Assembly: GCA_037442465.1 (NCBI GenBank)
Contig: JBBIQI010000001.1
Span: 5,498 to 69,497 of the forward strand
DNA length: 64,000 nt
Origin: Burkholderiales bacterium
Lineage (GTDB): Bacteria; Pseudomonadota; Gammaproteobacteria; Burkholderiales; Burkholderiaceae_F
Direction of reading: 5' to 3'
Both the position numbers and the translations under genes were made by a program. The notes under the pieces were generated by a model. The model was given only the letters and a program-made list of their open reading frames with translations. It was not told where the DNA came from and made no database searches. Below are positions 62,388 to 64,000 of this stretch, one piece after another. Each line of letters begins with the position of its first letter. Position 1 is the first letter of the stretch.

Positions 62388-64000
<1,613 letters not shown>

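Overview
High-GC (roughly 65-70% by eye) core-chromosome segment of a betaproteobacterium. The ilvBNC-psd-pssA-leuA, rpsO-pnp-tpiA-secG-tRNA-Leu-nuoA-N and pyrG-kdsA-eno gene orders are Burkholderiales-like. I see no prophage, IS transposase, integrase, CRISPR array or recognisable defence system. The left 18 kb is a lipid-flavoured accessory block: TetR, patatin, PhaF/PhaI-type phasin, a two-domain fatty acyl-CoA reductase, a membrane-anchored lipase, three tandem family-5 ABC binding proteins with their divergent permease/ATPase operon, and a LaoAB-like GMC oxidase pair. An uncharacterised ECF sigma module follows. The rest is mostly housekeeping. The best second-look items are small. (1) Several gene junctions (nuoE/nuoF, pyrG/kdsA, SBP3/SBP2) are split by 86-151 bp hairpin-rich spacers flanked by short direct repeats; in two cases a mini-ORF overlaps both the upstream stop and the downstream start, as if preserving translational coupling. 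(2) A Leu-rich leader peptide with a C-rich tract but no intrinsic terminator lies before leuA. (3) There is a decayed C-terminal fragment of a Cys/Met PLP enzyme. (4) A REP-like doublet runs into a degenerate 21-bp tandem array. (5) The lipid block may be a wax-ester/long-chain-alcohol cycle. All family calls are from motif recognition by eye; no database searches were run, and several start codons were reassigned relative to the ORF track.
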